A stretch of 47,141 nucleotides of DNA from an uncultured Desulfobacteraceae bacterium (GCA_964392545.1 CAYMQN010000001.1:16171-63311), one strand, 5' to 3'. Numbered from the stretch's first letter, positions 17,578 through 27,121 are shown. Notes: generated from the letters alone by a model not told the origin. Program-made: numbers and translations.

Positions 17578-18228
17578 TTAGCGATCCGTCCCATTGCGGG
17601 TGACCACGAAAATCCCGATGTGGGCCAGCAGGTTGGCACTGTGCCGGGCCAGCAAATGCCGGCGCCACGTGTTGAGCATCAGGTAGTGGGCGGTCACGAT
17701 GGTAAGCTTTTCCTGCCGGCAGAAGGCCCGGAAGTCCCGAATGGTCAGCACCCGGATGTTGGGGGTATTGTACCATTCGAAGGGCAGGGCCGGCGACTTG
17801 GGGGCCCGCCCGCCGAAGAAAAGGCCGGCGCGCAGGGACCAATGGCCGAAATTGGGGAAACCCACGATGCCGAAGCGGCCGATGCGCATCATTTCCCGGA
17901 TGACGACCTGGGGATGTTTGACCACCTGCAGGGTCTGGTTCAGGATGACATAGTCGTAGGCCTGGTCGGCGAAGTCGGCCAGCCCCTCGTCCAGGTCCCC
18001 CTGATAGACCGGCAGCCCCAGGGCCATCCCCCCGACGAGGCGCGAACCGTCGATATCCACCCCCCGCCCCTGGATCTTTTTGCGCTCCGCAAGGTCGCCC
18101 AGCAGGGAGCAGTCGCCGCAGCCCAGATCCAGGACGCTGGCGCCTTGCGGTATGATGGCGGCGATGATGTCCCGGTCGGTCTGGCTCAGGGTATGGACAT
18201 AGTTGACGCGCCGGCGGTCATGGGGCAT
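17578..18228 (-). CDS. metW: Methionine biosynthesis protein MetW
   Basis: 216 aa. SVLDLGCGDCSLL, VILNQTLQVVKHP, GFPNFGHWSLR. The gene overlaps the metX stop. Confidence 0.85.
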   Translation of the reverse strand: MPHDRRRVNYVHTLSQTDRDIIAAIIPQGASVLDLGCGDCSLLGDLAERKKIQGRGVDIDGSRLVGGMALGLPVYQGDLDEGLADFADQAYDYVILNQTLQVVKHPQVVIREMMRIGRFGIVGFPNFGHWSLRAGLFFGGRAPKSPALPFEWYNTPNIRVLTIRDFRAFCRQEKLTIVTAHYLMLNTWRRHLLARHSANLLAHIGIFVVTRNGTDR

Positions 18229-19372
18229 GGGCCTGGCTCCTCCGGCTGCCCTCCAGAAAGGCGGCCGTAATGCGCGTGAGGCGTTCGGTTTCGATCAAAA
18301 AGGCGTCATGGCCGTGGGGGGAATCGATGTCCACGAAGGACACGTCCCGGTCGTTGGCGATCAGGGCCCGCACGATTTCCTTGGACTGGGCCGCGGGGAA
18401 GAGCCAGTCCGAACTGTACGAAACGACGAGATAGCGGGCGGGCACGTCGGCGAAGGCTTCCTTCAAGGGACCATAGGTCCGGGCGATGTCGAAATAGTCC
18501 ATGGCTTTGGTGATGAAAATGTAACTGTTGGCATCGAAGCGCTCCGTGAAGCGGGTGCCCTGGTGATTGAGATAGGATTCCACGGCAAAGGTGTCGCGCA
18601 GGTCGTAGCTCAGCCGGTCGGCCGACTGCAGCCGGCGTCCGAACTTGTGGTTCAGGGAGATTTCGGACAGGTAGGTGATATGCGCCACCATGCGGGCGCT
18701 GGCCAGGCCGCGCAGCGGTCCGGGGGTGCCGTAATAGTGCCCCTCCCGCCAGTCCGGATCGGTGGTGATGGCATGCCGGCCCACGGCGTTGAAGGCGATC
18801 CCCTGGGCGGAAAGCTGTGCGCCGGCCGCGATGCAGATCACCGTGTGGACGTTGTCCGGGTATCGCAGGGACCACTCCAGGGCCTGAAACCCGCCCATGG
18901 AACCGCCCACCACGCACAACAGCCGGTCGATGCCCAGGTGCTCCACCAGCCGCTTCTGGGTGGCCACCATATCGCCGATGGTGATCAGCGGAAAATCACT
19001 CCCATAGGGCCGGCCGGTGGCCGGGTTGATCGAGGAGGGGCCCGTGGAGCCCCTGCAGCCACCGATCACGTTGGCGCAGAGGACCCAATAGCGTTCGGTA
19101 TCGAAGGCCTTGCCCGGTCCGATCATGGCGTCCCACCATCCCAGGCGCGTGTCGTGGGGGCCGTGAATGCCGGCGGCATGGGCGTCGCCGGAAAGAGCGT
19201 GGCAGATCAGGATGGCGTTGGAGCGGTCCGCGTTGGGGTGCCCGTAGGTTTCGTACACCAGCTCGACGGGACCCAGCGTGCGGCCGGAATCCAGCACCAG
19301 GGGCTCTTCCGGGCTGCCGAAGGTGTAGCGTTGGGGCGCGACCAACCCCACTGCGTTGCGTTCGATCAACAT
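18218..19372 (-). CDS. metX: Homoserine O-acetyltransferase
   Basis: 384 aa. NAILICHALSGDAHAAG, VVGGSMGGFQALEW (catalytic Ser), SDWLFP...HGHDAFL. Confidence 0.9.
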   Translation of the reverse strand: MLIERNAVGLVAPQRYTFGSPEEPLVLDSGRTLGPVELVYETYGHPNADRSNAILICHALSGDAHAAGIHGPHDTRLGWWDAMIGPGKAFDTERYWVLCANVIGGCRGSTGPSSINPATGRPYGSDFPLITIGDMVATQKRLVEHLGIDRLLCVVGGSMGGFQALEWSLRYPDNVHTVICIAAGAQLSAQGIAFNAVGRHAITTDPDWREGHYYGTPGPLRGLASARMVAHITYLSEISLNHKFGRRLQSADRLSYDLRDTFAVESYLNHQGTRFTERFDANSYIFITKAMDYFDIARTYGPLKEAFADVPARYLVVSYSSDWLFPAAQSKEIVRALIANDRDVSFVDIDSPHGHDAFLIETERLTRITAAFLEGSRRSQAHAP

Positions 19373-19431
19373 CCTCGCCTGCTTTCTTTCAATGTCTGCG
19401 CCGGGATGGGGAATCCCCGCCGTCCTTGCGA

Positions 19432-20730
19432 CTAGAGCGTGCAGGCCACACCGGCTTCCAGAGCCTGGTGAAGATCGCCGATGATGTCTTCCGCGTCTTC
19501 GATGCCGATGCTGAGGCGGATGAAATCCGGCGTAACCCCGGCGGCAAGCTGCTCCGCCTCGGAAAGCTGTTCATGGGTCGTGGAGGCCGGGTGGATCACC
19601 AGCGTCTTGGCGTCGCCGATATTGGCCAGGTGGCTCACGAGCTGCAGGGTTTCGATGAACCTGACCGCCGCTGCCCGTCCCCCCTTGATGCCAAAGCCCA
19701 CCAGAGCCCCCTGCCCGTCCGGCAGGTATTGGTCTTTCAGATGAAAGGTGGGTGAGGAGGCCAGGCCGGGGTAGCGGACCCAGGCCACGCAGGGGTGCGC
19801 TTCCAGAAAGCGGGCCACCCGCAAGGCGTTTTCCGAATGGCGCGCCATGCGCAGGTGCAGGGTTTCCAGCCCCTGGAGAAAAAGCCAGGCGTTGAAGGGG
19901 CTCATGGCCGCCCCCATGTCGCGCAGGCCCAGCACCCGCGCGCGCAGGATGAAGGCCATGTCACCGAAGGTGTCCACGAAGCGCAGTCCGTGGTAGGCCG
20001 GTTCCGGGTCGTTGAAGGCTGCAAAGCGCCCCGACCCCTTCCAGTCGAAGCGGCCGGAATCCACGATCAGGCCCCCGATGGAGGTGCCGTGCCCGCCGAT
20101 GAATTTGGTTGCGGAGTGAATCACCACGGCAGCGCCGTGTTCGATGGGTCGGTTCAGAAAGGGCGTCGTCACGGTGTTGTCCACCACCAGGGGAATGCCG
20201 TGGCGGCGGCCCACGGCGGCGATCGCTTCCAGGTCGATGATATCGAGCTTGGGGTTGCCGATGGTCTCCACGAAAAAGGCCCGGGTGCGTTCGGTGGCGG
20301 CGTTTTCCCAGGCCCGGGCATCGTTGGGGGGCACAAAGGTAACGCCGATGCCCAGTTTGCCGAAGGTGTGGCTGAACAGACTGACCGTCCCGCCGTAGAG
20401 ATCGGTGGAGGCCACGATATGATCGCCGGACTGGGCCAGGGTCAAGAGGGCCAGGGTTTCGGCGGCCTGGCCGGAGGCCACGGCCAGGGCCCCCACGCCG
20501 CCCTCCAGTGCCGCGATGCGCTGTTCCAGGGCATCGTTGGTGGGGTTCATGATGCGGCTGTAGATGTTGCCGAACTGCCGCAGGCCAAACAGGTCGGCGG
20601 CGTGCTGGGTGTTGTCAAAGACATAGGACGAGGTCTGGTAGATGGGCACGGCGCGGGCGTGGGTCTCCGTGTCCGGCGAATGCCCGGCATGAATGGCACG
20701 GGTTCCGAAACCATGGGATGGTTCAGACAT
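19432..20730 (-). CDS. metY: O-acetylhomoserine sulfhydrylase/aminocarboxypropyltransferase (PLP-dependent)
   Basis: 432 aa. [32 protein letters not shown] (PLP lysine). Confidence 0.9.
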   Translation of the reverse strand: MSEPSHGFGTRAIHAGHSPDTETHARAVPIYQTSSYVFDNTQHAADLFGLRQFGNIYSRIMNPTNDALEQRIAALEGGVGALAVASGQAAETLALLTLAQSGDHIVASTDLYGGTVSLFSHTFGKLGIGVTFVPPNDARAWENAATERTRAFFVETIGNPKLDIIDLEAIAAVGRRHGIPLVVDNTVTTPFLNRPIEHGAAVVIHSATKFIGGHGTSIGGLIVDSGRFDWKGSGRFAAFNDPEPAYHGLRFVDTFGDMAFILRARVLGLRDMGAAMSPFNAWLFLQGLETLHLRMARHSENALRVARFLEAHPCVAWVRYPGLASSPTFHLKDQYLPDGQGALVGFGIKGGRAAAVRFIETLQLVSHLANIGDAKTLVIHPASTTHEQLSEAEQLAAGVTPDFIRLSIGIEDAEDIIGDLHQALEAGVACTL

Positions 20731-20857
20731 AGCGGTGATCTCCTCTGAGTGGTGTCTTTATCGGGCATCCGCCGTGGCGGCAAGGCAACCGTGGCTCCCC
20801 GGGGGGGCTGCCAGGCGCAAACGCTCCGGTGGCCCAACGGCCGCGGTGAAAACCAAT

Positions 20858-20882
20858 AAAAAAACCTCCCTTGGGAGGGAGG
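20858..20882 (-). terminator. Intrinsic terminator forming the expression platform of the SAM-I riboswitch
   Basis: Minus strand reads CCTCCC-TCCCAA-GGGAGG followed by TTTTTTT. Confidence 0.65.
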
Positions 20883-20906
20883 TTCGTTTCCATTGGTCGG
20901 TTCACC

Positions 20907-20996
20907 TCATGTTCCCCTTGCGGGCTGGATTTGGCACCTTGTGGATCAGGTTGCCGGGCGGTCGCAGGGCCAGTTCCCTCATGCCTCTCAACATGA
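20907..20996 (-). promoter_or_regulatory. SAM-I (S-box) riboswitch aptamer upstream of metY
   Basis: Minus strand reads TCATGTTGAGAGGCATGAGGGAACTGGCCCTGCGACCGCCCGGCAACC...AAGGTGCCAAATCCAGCCCGCAAGGGGAACATGA. Conserved S-box blocks are GAGGGA.CUGGCCC, CC.GGCAACC and GGUGCCAAAUCC.GC. The P1 stem is TCATGTT/AACATGA. Confidence 0.8.
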
Positions 20997-21009
20997 CTGA
21001 TTTCGGCAT

Positions 21010-21038
21010 ATCATAGGGGTTTCGGCGTTTGTGTCAAG
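21010..21038 (-). promoter_or_regulatory. Candidate sigma-70 promoter for the riboswitch-metYXW transcript
   Basis: Minus strand TTGACA (21038..21033), 17-nt spacer, TATGAT (21015..21010). It lies just upstream of riboswitch P1. Confidence 0.45.
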
Positions 21039-21155
21039 CGTTTTGTTGCCCCTATGGAGGGCAGCGACAGCGGCGTCAGACGTGAGGTGCGGGCCGGCCA
21101 ATGCCCGACCGGTGGCTACGCCCAAGGCATGCTTGACCGCTTGTTTAAAGGGCGG

Positions 21156-21680
21156 TCAGTCCTTGGCCATCAGCCGGGCCTGCATTTCCTTGACCAGCTC
21201 CTGGTGGCGGAAGTTGTCCGGGTCCTTGTCCAGGGCCTGCTGGCCCCAGTGCAGGGCGGCGGCGTAGTCTTTTTTCTGACGGTAGTTTTCGGCGATGGCA
21301 TAGAGCAGGTGTTGCACCGGCACCCGACGGTGCTGGGCCGGAATGGCCAGCGCCTTGCGGAAATCGTCAATGGCCCGGTCCTGCCGACCCGTCACCGACA
21401 GGCAGCTGCCCCGGCCGATGAGGCTTTCCTCGTCCCGCGGAACGAGGGCCAGGGCCTGGGTATAGTAGGCAATGGCATCCGCATAGCGGGTTTCCACCTC
21501 GCTGATCTTCCCCAGATAAAAATAGGCGGTGTCGCCGTCGGGGTGGCGGTAGGCCGGATCCAGGTCGACGACCCTTTCCAGCGCGCGCACGGCCGCGACG
21601 CCATCCGGTTTGCGGAAGCAGCGGCGTCCTTCCTCAAAAAGCGCGGCAATGTTGTCGCCGGACGGCGGCGATTCGGCCAT
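21156..21680 (-). CDS. TPR repeat protein
   Basis: Start chosen at the ATG at 21680 (MAESPP) after GGAG; the ORF-track start at 21701 is TTG. TPR-like repeats: AYFYLGKISEVETRYADAIAYYTQALALVP and YAIAENYRQKKDYAAALHWGQQALDKDP. Confidence 0.7.
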   Translation of the reverse strand: MAESPPSGDNIAALFEEGRRCFRKPDGVAAVRALERVVDLDPAYRHPDGDTAYFYLGKISEVETRYADAIAYYTQALALVPRDEESLIGRGSCLSVTGRQDRAIDDFRKALAIPAQHRRVPVQHLLYAIAENYRQKKDYAAALHWGQQALDKDPDNFRHQELVKEMQARLMAKD

Positions 21681-21930
21681 GTCCAGGCTCCGGGAATCCA
21701 AGGGGTTTCGGCCGGTAGGGCGAGATTAGGTCACTGTACGGGATTCGCTTCCCAAAGTCCACTGCTTTCCCTTCCTGAACGGACACGATCTAAAGCTATC
21801 GGCCCCGGGGCCGATAATGAAAGCAGGCCGTCGGTCCAATGTTCATCGCGTCGGCCGCAAGGCCCCTGGCCGGCAACCAAACAGGCATGAAAGGACAAGC
21901 GATTCGTGAGGCGATGAATCGATAAGCGCA

Positions 21931-24723
21931 ATGCCTTTTGAAACCGTTACGATACCCTCTGCAGGTGCGCTGTCCCTGGGCGTCCTTTGCCTGACGTTCA
22001 CCCTTTTCCAGGGCCTGGTCGCCTACCGGCGTCCGGCATTTGCCTGGAACCGCTGGGGCGCGATTCTCTCCCTGCTGACGGCGGTTTATGCGGCAGCGAT
22101 CTTTTTTCAGTTCAACCTTCCCGCAGGAATGGCCAACCGGCTGTGCGAAAAAATACAGTTTTCCTGTTTTCCGCTCATCATCTATGCCATTTACCGTTTT
22201 ACCGATGGATTTTTAGGCCATCCAGGCCAACGTGTCTTTCGCGTGTTGACCCCGCTGACGGGCCTTTATCTCGTGGGCATCTGGTTCAGCGACCTGATCA
22301 TTGCCCCCACCTTCGTGACCCGGGCCTTTGTGTGGAATCCCCAGCCCTACATCGAACCCGCGCTGGGCCCGCTGGGCATCGCCTTCTTCGTTTTGCTCGT
22401 CCTGCAGGCGGGTTTCATTGTCACCGTCTGGTGGCCGGCGGCCCGTCGTCGGGTGGCCGGCGCGCGGTCCCTGGTGGTGTGTTTTTTTGTCTGGCTGCTG
22501 CTCGGCATGCACGACATCCTGGCCACCATCGGGATGCCGACCGTCCATTTTTTGCTGGTCTACGGCTTTTTCGGGTTTTCCCTGGCGGTGATCTCCATCA
22601 CCCTTCAAAAGTATATCGATTTGATCAAGGCGGTTGAAGACAACGAACGTGCCCTCCAAAACGCCAAGCAGGATCTGGAGCGACGGGTGGCGGACCGCAC
22701 GGCCGACATCGCCGATTCCAACCGTGAGCTCAAGGCGGAAATCAGCGACCGCAAGCGGGTGGAGCAAGCCCTGCGGGAAAATGAACAGCGCTTCCGTGCG
22801 CTGATCGCCAATATTTCCGATGTGATCGTCATACTGGAGGCCCAGGGCACCATCCGCTATGAAAGCCCCAGCATTACCCGCCACTTTGGCTGGTCGCCGG
22901 AGACCCTCGTGGGGACCCGCTATTGCGACCTCGTGCACGCCAATGACCGGAAGCGGGTCCGACGCGAAATCGAGCGGCTTGCGGAGAGCCGCCCGGGGGT
23001 TTCCCGGTCCATTCGCTGCCGCTACCGGGCGCGGGACAGGTCCTACCGGCATATCGAACTGATTGCCGTCAACATGCGCGACACCCCCCAGATCGCCGGC
23101 ATCCTTCTGAATTTCAGGGATATTTCCGATCGGATCACCTCGGAACGAGCCCTCCGGGCAAGCGAGCAACGCCTGCGCAAGGCCCAGGCCATGGCGCATG
23201 TGGGCCACTGGGAGTTCGATCCGGCCACCCGCACGATCCGGGGATCCAAGGAGTGGCTCCGGCTGTATGGCCTCGCGCCGGAGTCCCCGGCGGTGGCGCT
23301 GGAAACGGTCCGGGAGCTCGTGGTGGAAGAAGACCGCAAGCGCGCGCAAGAGGGCCTGAAAGCGCTGCTCAACCAAAATGCCGACTACGATCTGGTATTC
23401 CGGATTCACCGCGCCAATGACGGGGCGTTGGTATGGCTGCACTCCAAGGCCGAATTGATTTTTCGCGGGGACGGGCGGGAGCCCATGGTTTCGGGGGTCA
23501 TCCAGGACATCACCGCCACCAAGCGGGCCGAGGAAGAGAAGCAGCAGCTCGAACACCAACTGCGCCAGGCGCAGAAAATGGAGTCCATCGGAACCCTGGC
23601 CGGCGGCATCGCCCACGATTTCAACAACATTCTGTCTCCCATCATCGGTTTCACGGAGATGACGGCGGTGGAGCTGCCTGCGGACAGCCAGGCCCGCGCC
23701 AATCTGGAGGAAGTCCTCGCAGCGGCCCGACGGGCCAAGGAGATGGTGCGTCATATCCTCACCTTCAGCCGCCAGGATACCCATGAGATGAAACCCATGC
23801 AGATCCAGCCGGTGGTGCAGGAGTCGATGAAGCTGCTGCGCTCTTCCCTGCCGTCGACCATCGACATCCAGGTGGACCTGGACGAGGAAAGCGGATCGGT
23901 CATGGGCGATTCCACCCAGATCCATCAACTGGTGGTCAATCTCTGCACCAATGCCTACCAGGCCATGCGGGAGCGCGGCGGCCGTTTGGCGGTCACCCTG
24001 AGGGAGCTCCATATTGATACGGCCGCCCAAACGCCCTGCCCCGACATGCTGCCCGGCCCCTATGTCTGCTTGCGTGTCACAGACACCGGCCATGGGATCG
24101 ATCAGGCCATCATCGATCGTATTTTCGAACCCTATTTCACCACCAAGGGACCGGCCGAAGGCACCGGCATGGGCTTGTCCATGGTGCACGGCATCGTCAA
24201 GGGGCACGAAGGGTACATCACCGTCCGCAGTGCTCTGGGGGAGGGCACCACCTTCCATGTCTACATCCCCCGGATCACCGGCGTTCAGGAGACCACCCTC
24301 GACGAAACCACGGATCTCATGCCGCTGGGCCACGAACATATCCTGCTGGTGGACGACGAGCCGCAATTGCTGGCCATGCACGGGCAGATTCTGGAGCGGC
24401 TGGGGTACGAGGTGACGGCCATGCGCAGCAGCACGGAAGCCCTGAAGGTTTTCCGCCGGGCGCCGGAGCGCTTCGAATTGCTCGTGACCGATCAGACCAT
24501 GCCGGATCTGACCGGGGCCGAGCTCTCCCGGGCCGTTCGCCAAACCCGCCCCGAGCTGCCCATCATTCTGTGCACCGGCTTCAGCGAGGCCCTTTCCCCT
24601 GAAGCCGCCGCGCAATTGGGTATCCGGCACTACCTTCAAAAGCCGGTTCCCCTGAAACTCCTGGCCCAGACCGTCCGCATGGCGTTGAATGCCCTCTTGG
24701 ACGCCCAAGCTGCCGTCTGTTAG
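21931..24723 (+). CDS. Hybrid sensor histidine kinase: N-terminal multi-TM domain, coiled coil, PAS domains, HisKA, HATPase_c, C-terminal REC
   Basis: 930 aa. About 7 predicted TM helices in the first 230 aa. H-box GGIAHDFNNIL, G-boxes DTGHGI and GTGMGLSMV, and receiver ILLVDDEPQ...LLVTDQTMPDLTG...LQKP. Confidence 0.9.
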   Translation: MPFETVTIPSAGALSLGVLCLTFTLFQGLVAYRRPAFAWNRWGAILSLLTAVYAAAIFFQFNLPAGMANRLCEKIQFSCFPLIIYAIYRFTDGFLGHPGQRVFRVLTPLTGLYLVGIWFSDLIIAPTFVTRAFVWNPQPYIEPALGPLGIAFFVLLVLQAGFIVTVWWPAARRRVAGARSLVVCFFVWLLLGMHDILATIGMPTVHFLLVYGFFGFSLAVISITLQKYIDLIKAVEDNERALQNAKQDLERRVADRTADIADSNRELKAEISDRKRVEQALRENEQRFRALIANISDVIVILEAQGTIRYESPSITRHFGWSPETLVGTRYCDLVHANDRKRVRREIERLAESRPGVSRSIRCRYRARDRSYRHIELIAVNMRDTPQIAGILLNFRDISDRITSERALRASEQRLRKAQAMAHVGHWEFDPATRTIRGSKEWLRLYGLAPESPAVALETVRELVVEEDRKRAQEGLKALLNQNADYDLVFRIHRANDGALVWLHSKAELIFRGDGREPMVSGVIQDITATKRAEEEKQQLEHQLRQAQKMESIGTLAGGIAHDFNNILSPIIGFTEMTAVELPADSQARANLEEVLAAARRAKEMVRHILTFSRQDTHEMKPMQIQPVVQESMKLLRSSLPSTIDIQVDLDEESGSVMGDSTQIHQLVVNLCTNAYQAMRERGGRLAVTLRELHIDTAAQTPCPDMLPGPYVCLRVTDTGHGIDQAIIDRIFEPYFTTKGPAEGTGMGLSMVHGIVKGHEGYITVRSALGEGTTFHVYIPRITGVQETTLDETTDLMPLGHEHILLVDDEPQLLAMHGQILERLGYEVTAMRSSTEALKVFRRAPERFELLVTDQTMPDLTGAELSRAVRQTRPELPIILCTGFSEALSPEAAAQLGIRHYLQKPVPLKLLAQTVRMALNALLDAQAAVC

Positions 24724-24944
24724 CGTCTATCCAGAAACGGCATTTTCGGCCCCTGGCGCCGCCGCCGGTGGACACAGGGTTCCCGCATGGGGATAAATCC
24801 ACCCTGGGCGGACAAGTCGGCGTTCTCGCGCTTATGAAATCCTCGCCGTAGCCCAGCCACGCCGCCGGTTTCCACCCCCGGGGCGGCCCCAGCACTTCCG
24901 CCGGGCAAGACACGTCTGTCGTTCGACCCCCCGTCAGAAAAGCA

Positions 24945-24983
24945 TTTACATCGTTTACATATACTTTACATTTATATTGACAT
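24945..24983 (+). repeat. Array of direct heptamer repeats, TTTACAT x3 plus TTGACAT, on the lexA promoter
   Basis: TTTACAT at 24945, 24954 and 24965; TTGACAT at 24977, which contains the -35 hexamer. Start-to-start spacing is 9, 11 and 12 nt. Confidence 0.7.
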
Positions 24984-25005
24984 TATGCCGGGGGGCGTCT
25001 ATGGT
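24977..25005 (+). promoter_or_regulatory. Candidate sigma-70 promoter of lexA
   Basis: TTGACA (24977..24982), 17-nt spacer, TATGGT (25000..25005). RBS GGGAGGA precedes the ATG at 25038. Confidence 0.55.
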
Positions 25006-25037
25006 TTAGGCCACAGGGTTCGGCCCGGGAGGATGTT

Positions 25038-25670
25038 ATGCGATCGAACTATACCGTCAAGCAACAGCAGCTCTTGGATTATCTGAAAGCCCAGATCGAC
25101 CGACACGGTCGCACGCCCACCCTGCGCGAAGCCGCCGCCGATCTGGGCATCAGTCACGCGGCGGTGGCCCAAACCCTGAAGGCGCTGGAGCGGAAAGGCG
25201 CCGTGCGCCGCGACGGCCGCTACAGCCGCAACCTCCTGCTGCTCAACCGGACCCGGGAAACCAGCGCACACCAGCGCTGGCGCGAAGTGCCGCTGATCGG
25301 GCGCATCACGGCCGGTCGGCCCATGTATGCCCAGCAGGAATGGGACGGCAGCATCGTCGTCGATGCGGCCCGGTTTCCGGGCCGCGACCTGTTCGCTCTG
25401 CGGGTGAGAGGGGATTCCATGCGGGAGGCGGGTATTCTGGACGGCGACCTGGCCATCTGCGAACCCCGCCAATATGCCCGCAACGGTGAAATCGTGGTGG
25501 CCCTGATCGAACAGGAAGAAGCCACCGTCAAACGGTTTTTCCTGCGCGCGGATCATATCGAGCTGCGCCCGGAAAACCCTGCCTATCCGGTTTTGCGCTA
25601 TGATTTCGCCGACGTGCTGGTCCAAGGCAAGGTGATCGGGCTGCAACGGGGCCCGGAAGCGATCCGCTGA
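25038..25670 (+). CDS. lexA: LexA repressor (S24 self-cleaving peptidase)
   Basis: 210 aa. Winged-HTH N-terminus, cleavage site in GRITAGRP (Ala-Gly), catalytic Ser in VRGDSM, and Lys in EATVKRF. Confidence 0.9.
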   Translation: MRSNYTVKQQQLLDYLKAQIDRHGRTPTLREAAADLGISHAAVAQTLKALERKGAVRRDGRYSRNLLLLNRTRETSAHQRWREVPLIGRITAGRPMYAQQEWDGSIVVDAARFPGRDLFALRVRGDSMREAGILDGDLAICEPRQYARNGEIVVALIEQEEATVKRFFLRADHIELRPENPAYPVLRYDFADVLVQGKVIGLQRGPEAIR

Positions 25671-25754
25671 TCGGAGGGGCCGGCTGTTGGGGATCGCCAC
25701 AACGAGGATGAATCGCAACAGGATCCCGCCGCGGCCTGGTGTTTCTCAACAAGC

Positions 25755-26987
25755 ATGTGCGGACCCAGGTCCCGGCCAATGCCCGGCCGCCCGGGGTCTG
25801 GCGGAGAAGCCGTCGTGGAGCGACACGTCATCCATCTGAATGTGGCCGATTTCGCCGTGGCCGTGGAGCGGGCCCTGGATCGGCGCCTGGCGGACCGTCC
25901 GGTGATCGTCGCCCCGCAAGGGGTTTCCCGGGCGATGGTCTACGACATGAGCGAGGAGGCCTACCAGGCCGGCGTGCGCAAGGGCATGCCCCTGCGCCGG
26001 GCGCGCCGGCTGTGTGCGGACGCGCGCATTCTGCCGCCCCATCCGGCGCGCTACGAACAGGCCATGCAGACCTTGATCCGGCAGGCCCTGCCCTATTCCC
26101 CCCTCATCGAACCGGGCGCGTCGGACGGCCACCTTTTTCTGGACGTCACCGGCACGGTCCGCCTTTTCGGTCCGCCACCGGACGTGGCCTGGCGTCTGCG
26201 CCGGCAGGCCCGCCGCGAGCTGGGCCTGAAGCCGGCGTGGGCGGTGGCGCCCAACAAACTTGTGGCCAAGGTCGCCACCCGCCTGGTGAAGCCCGACGGC
26301 GAATCCATTGTTCCGGCCGGAGAGGAACGCCGCTTTCTGGCCTCCGTGCCCCTGCATCTGGTCCCCGGCATTGAAAGCCAAGACCTGCTGCGCCTGGCCG
26401 ATTTCAACTTCCGGCGGGCCGGCCAGGTGGCGGCGCTGGGGCTCCACGCGTTACAGGTACCCTTTGGCCGCCGGGCTTTGGACCTCTACGAGACCGTGCA
26501 GGGCATCGACCGTTCGCCGGTGCGTCCGGTGGATCAGCGTCCGCCCCGGTTGATCCGGGACCATGCCTTCGAGGAAGGCGTTCAGGCCGTCCCGGTCGTT
26601 GAAGGCGCCCTCTACGCCCTAGTGGAAGCGGCGGGACGGTGTTTGCGGCAACGGTGTCTGGCGGCCCGACGGGTGGCCGTGCTGTTGGATTTTTCAGACG
26701 GCCGTCGTTGTGTCCGCCGGCGCGCGGTCCGCCCGGCCGCGGCCAATGACGGGATCCTGTTCCAACAGGGCTGCGCCGCGTTGCATCAGGCCTGGCGGCG
26801 GCGGGTGCGCATCCGCCATCTGCGGCTGGTCTGCGACGGCCTGGTTTTTCCGCCGGCCCAGCGGGAGCTCTTCCCGGCCGACGCCGTGCACGGCGAGCGG
26901 TCGGCGCGACTGATGGCGGCGTTGGACGGTATTCGGGAGCGTTTCGGAGGGGAGGCCATCAAAGTCGGCCGCACGACGGCTTCGTAA
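25755..26987 (+). CDS. imuB: Y-family DNA polymerase-like protein lacking catalytic carboxylates (ImuB-like)
   Basis: VIHLNVADFAVAVE aligns with DinB IHVDMDCFFAAVE, giving Asp8 to Asn. IEPGASDGHLFLDVT aligns with IEPLSLDEAYLDVT, giving Glu104 to Gly. The start is uncertain: ATG 25755, or GTG 25815 after GGAGAAG. Confidence 0.75.
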   Translation: MCGPRSRPMPGRPGSGGEAVVERHVIHLNVADFAVAVERALDRRLADRPVIVAPQGVSRAMVYDMSEEAYQAGVRKGMPLRRARRLCADARILPPHPARYEQAMQTLIRQALPYSPLIEPGASDGHLFLDVTGTVRLFGPPPDVAWRLRRQARRELGLKPAWAVAPNKLVAKVATRLVKPDGESIVPAGEERRFLASVPLHLVPGIESQDLLRLADFNFRRAGQVAALGLHALQVPFGRRALDLYETVQGIDRSPVRPVDQRPPRLIRDHAFEEGVQAVPVVEGALYALVEAAGRCLRQRCLAARRVAVLLDFSDGRRCVRRRAVRPAAANDGILFQQGCAALHQAWRRRVRIRHLRLVCDGLVFPPAQRELFPADAVHGERSARLMAALDGIRERFGGEAIKVGRTTAS

Positions 26988-27121
26988 AAGGCCCAATATC
27001 GGCGTTGTGCGGCCTTCGGCCCCCGCGATTGCGGTACCCCTCGTCGCTGCGGCGTACTGGCGTATGCCTCACGCCGGTCGGGCCTTGCACGCCGTATCTT
27101 GGGCCTTTTACGAAGCCGTCG
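26974..27121. repeat. 148-bp element bounded by a perfect 23-bp inverted repeat, overlapping the imuB stop codon
   Basis: 26974..26996 CGACGGCTTCGTAAAAGGCCCAA is the exact reverse complement of 27099..27121. Additional imperfect pairing continues inward (CGGCG/CGCCG, GTGCGGCC/GGCCTTGCAC). Confidence 0.8.

Noticed and set aside
22213-24708. 831-aa minus-strand ORF antisense to the hybrid histidine kinase. Similar long antisense ORFs occur at 27108..29486, 34445..35839, 1224..2444, 38609..39652, 40935..42440, 15596..16897 and 19795..20748.
   Set aside because: All lie opposite genes with unmistakable family signatures. Their translations are Gly/Arg/Pro/Ala-rich low-complexity sequence with no motifs, as expected for shadow ORFs in high-GC DNA.
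24724-24940. About 215 bp with no annotation between the hybrid kinase stop and the lexA promoter, with short minus-strand ORFs (62 and 110 aa).
   Set aside because: The ORFs have no RBS or recognisable motifs, and I recognise no repeat or RNA-like structure there. It is left unannotated.
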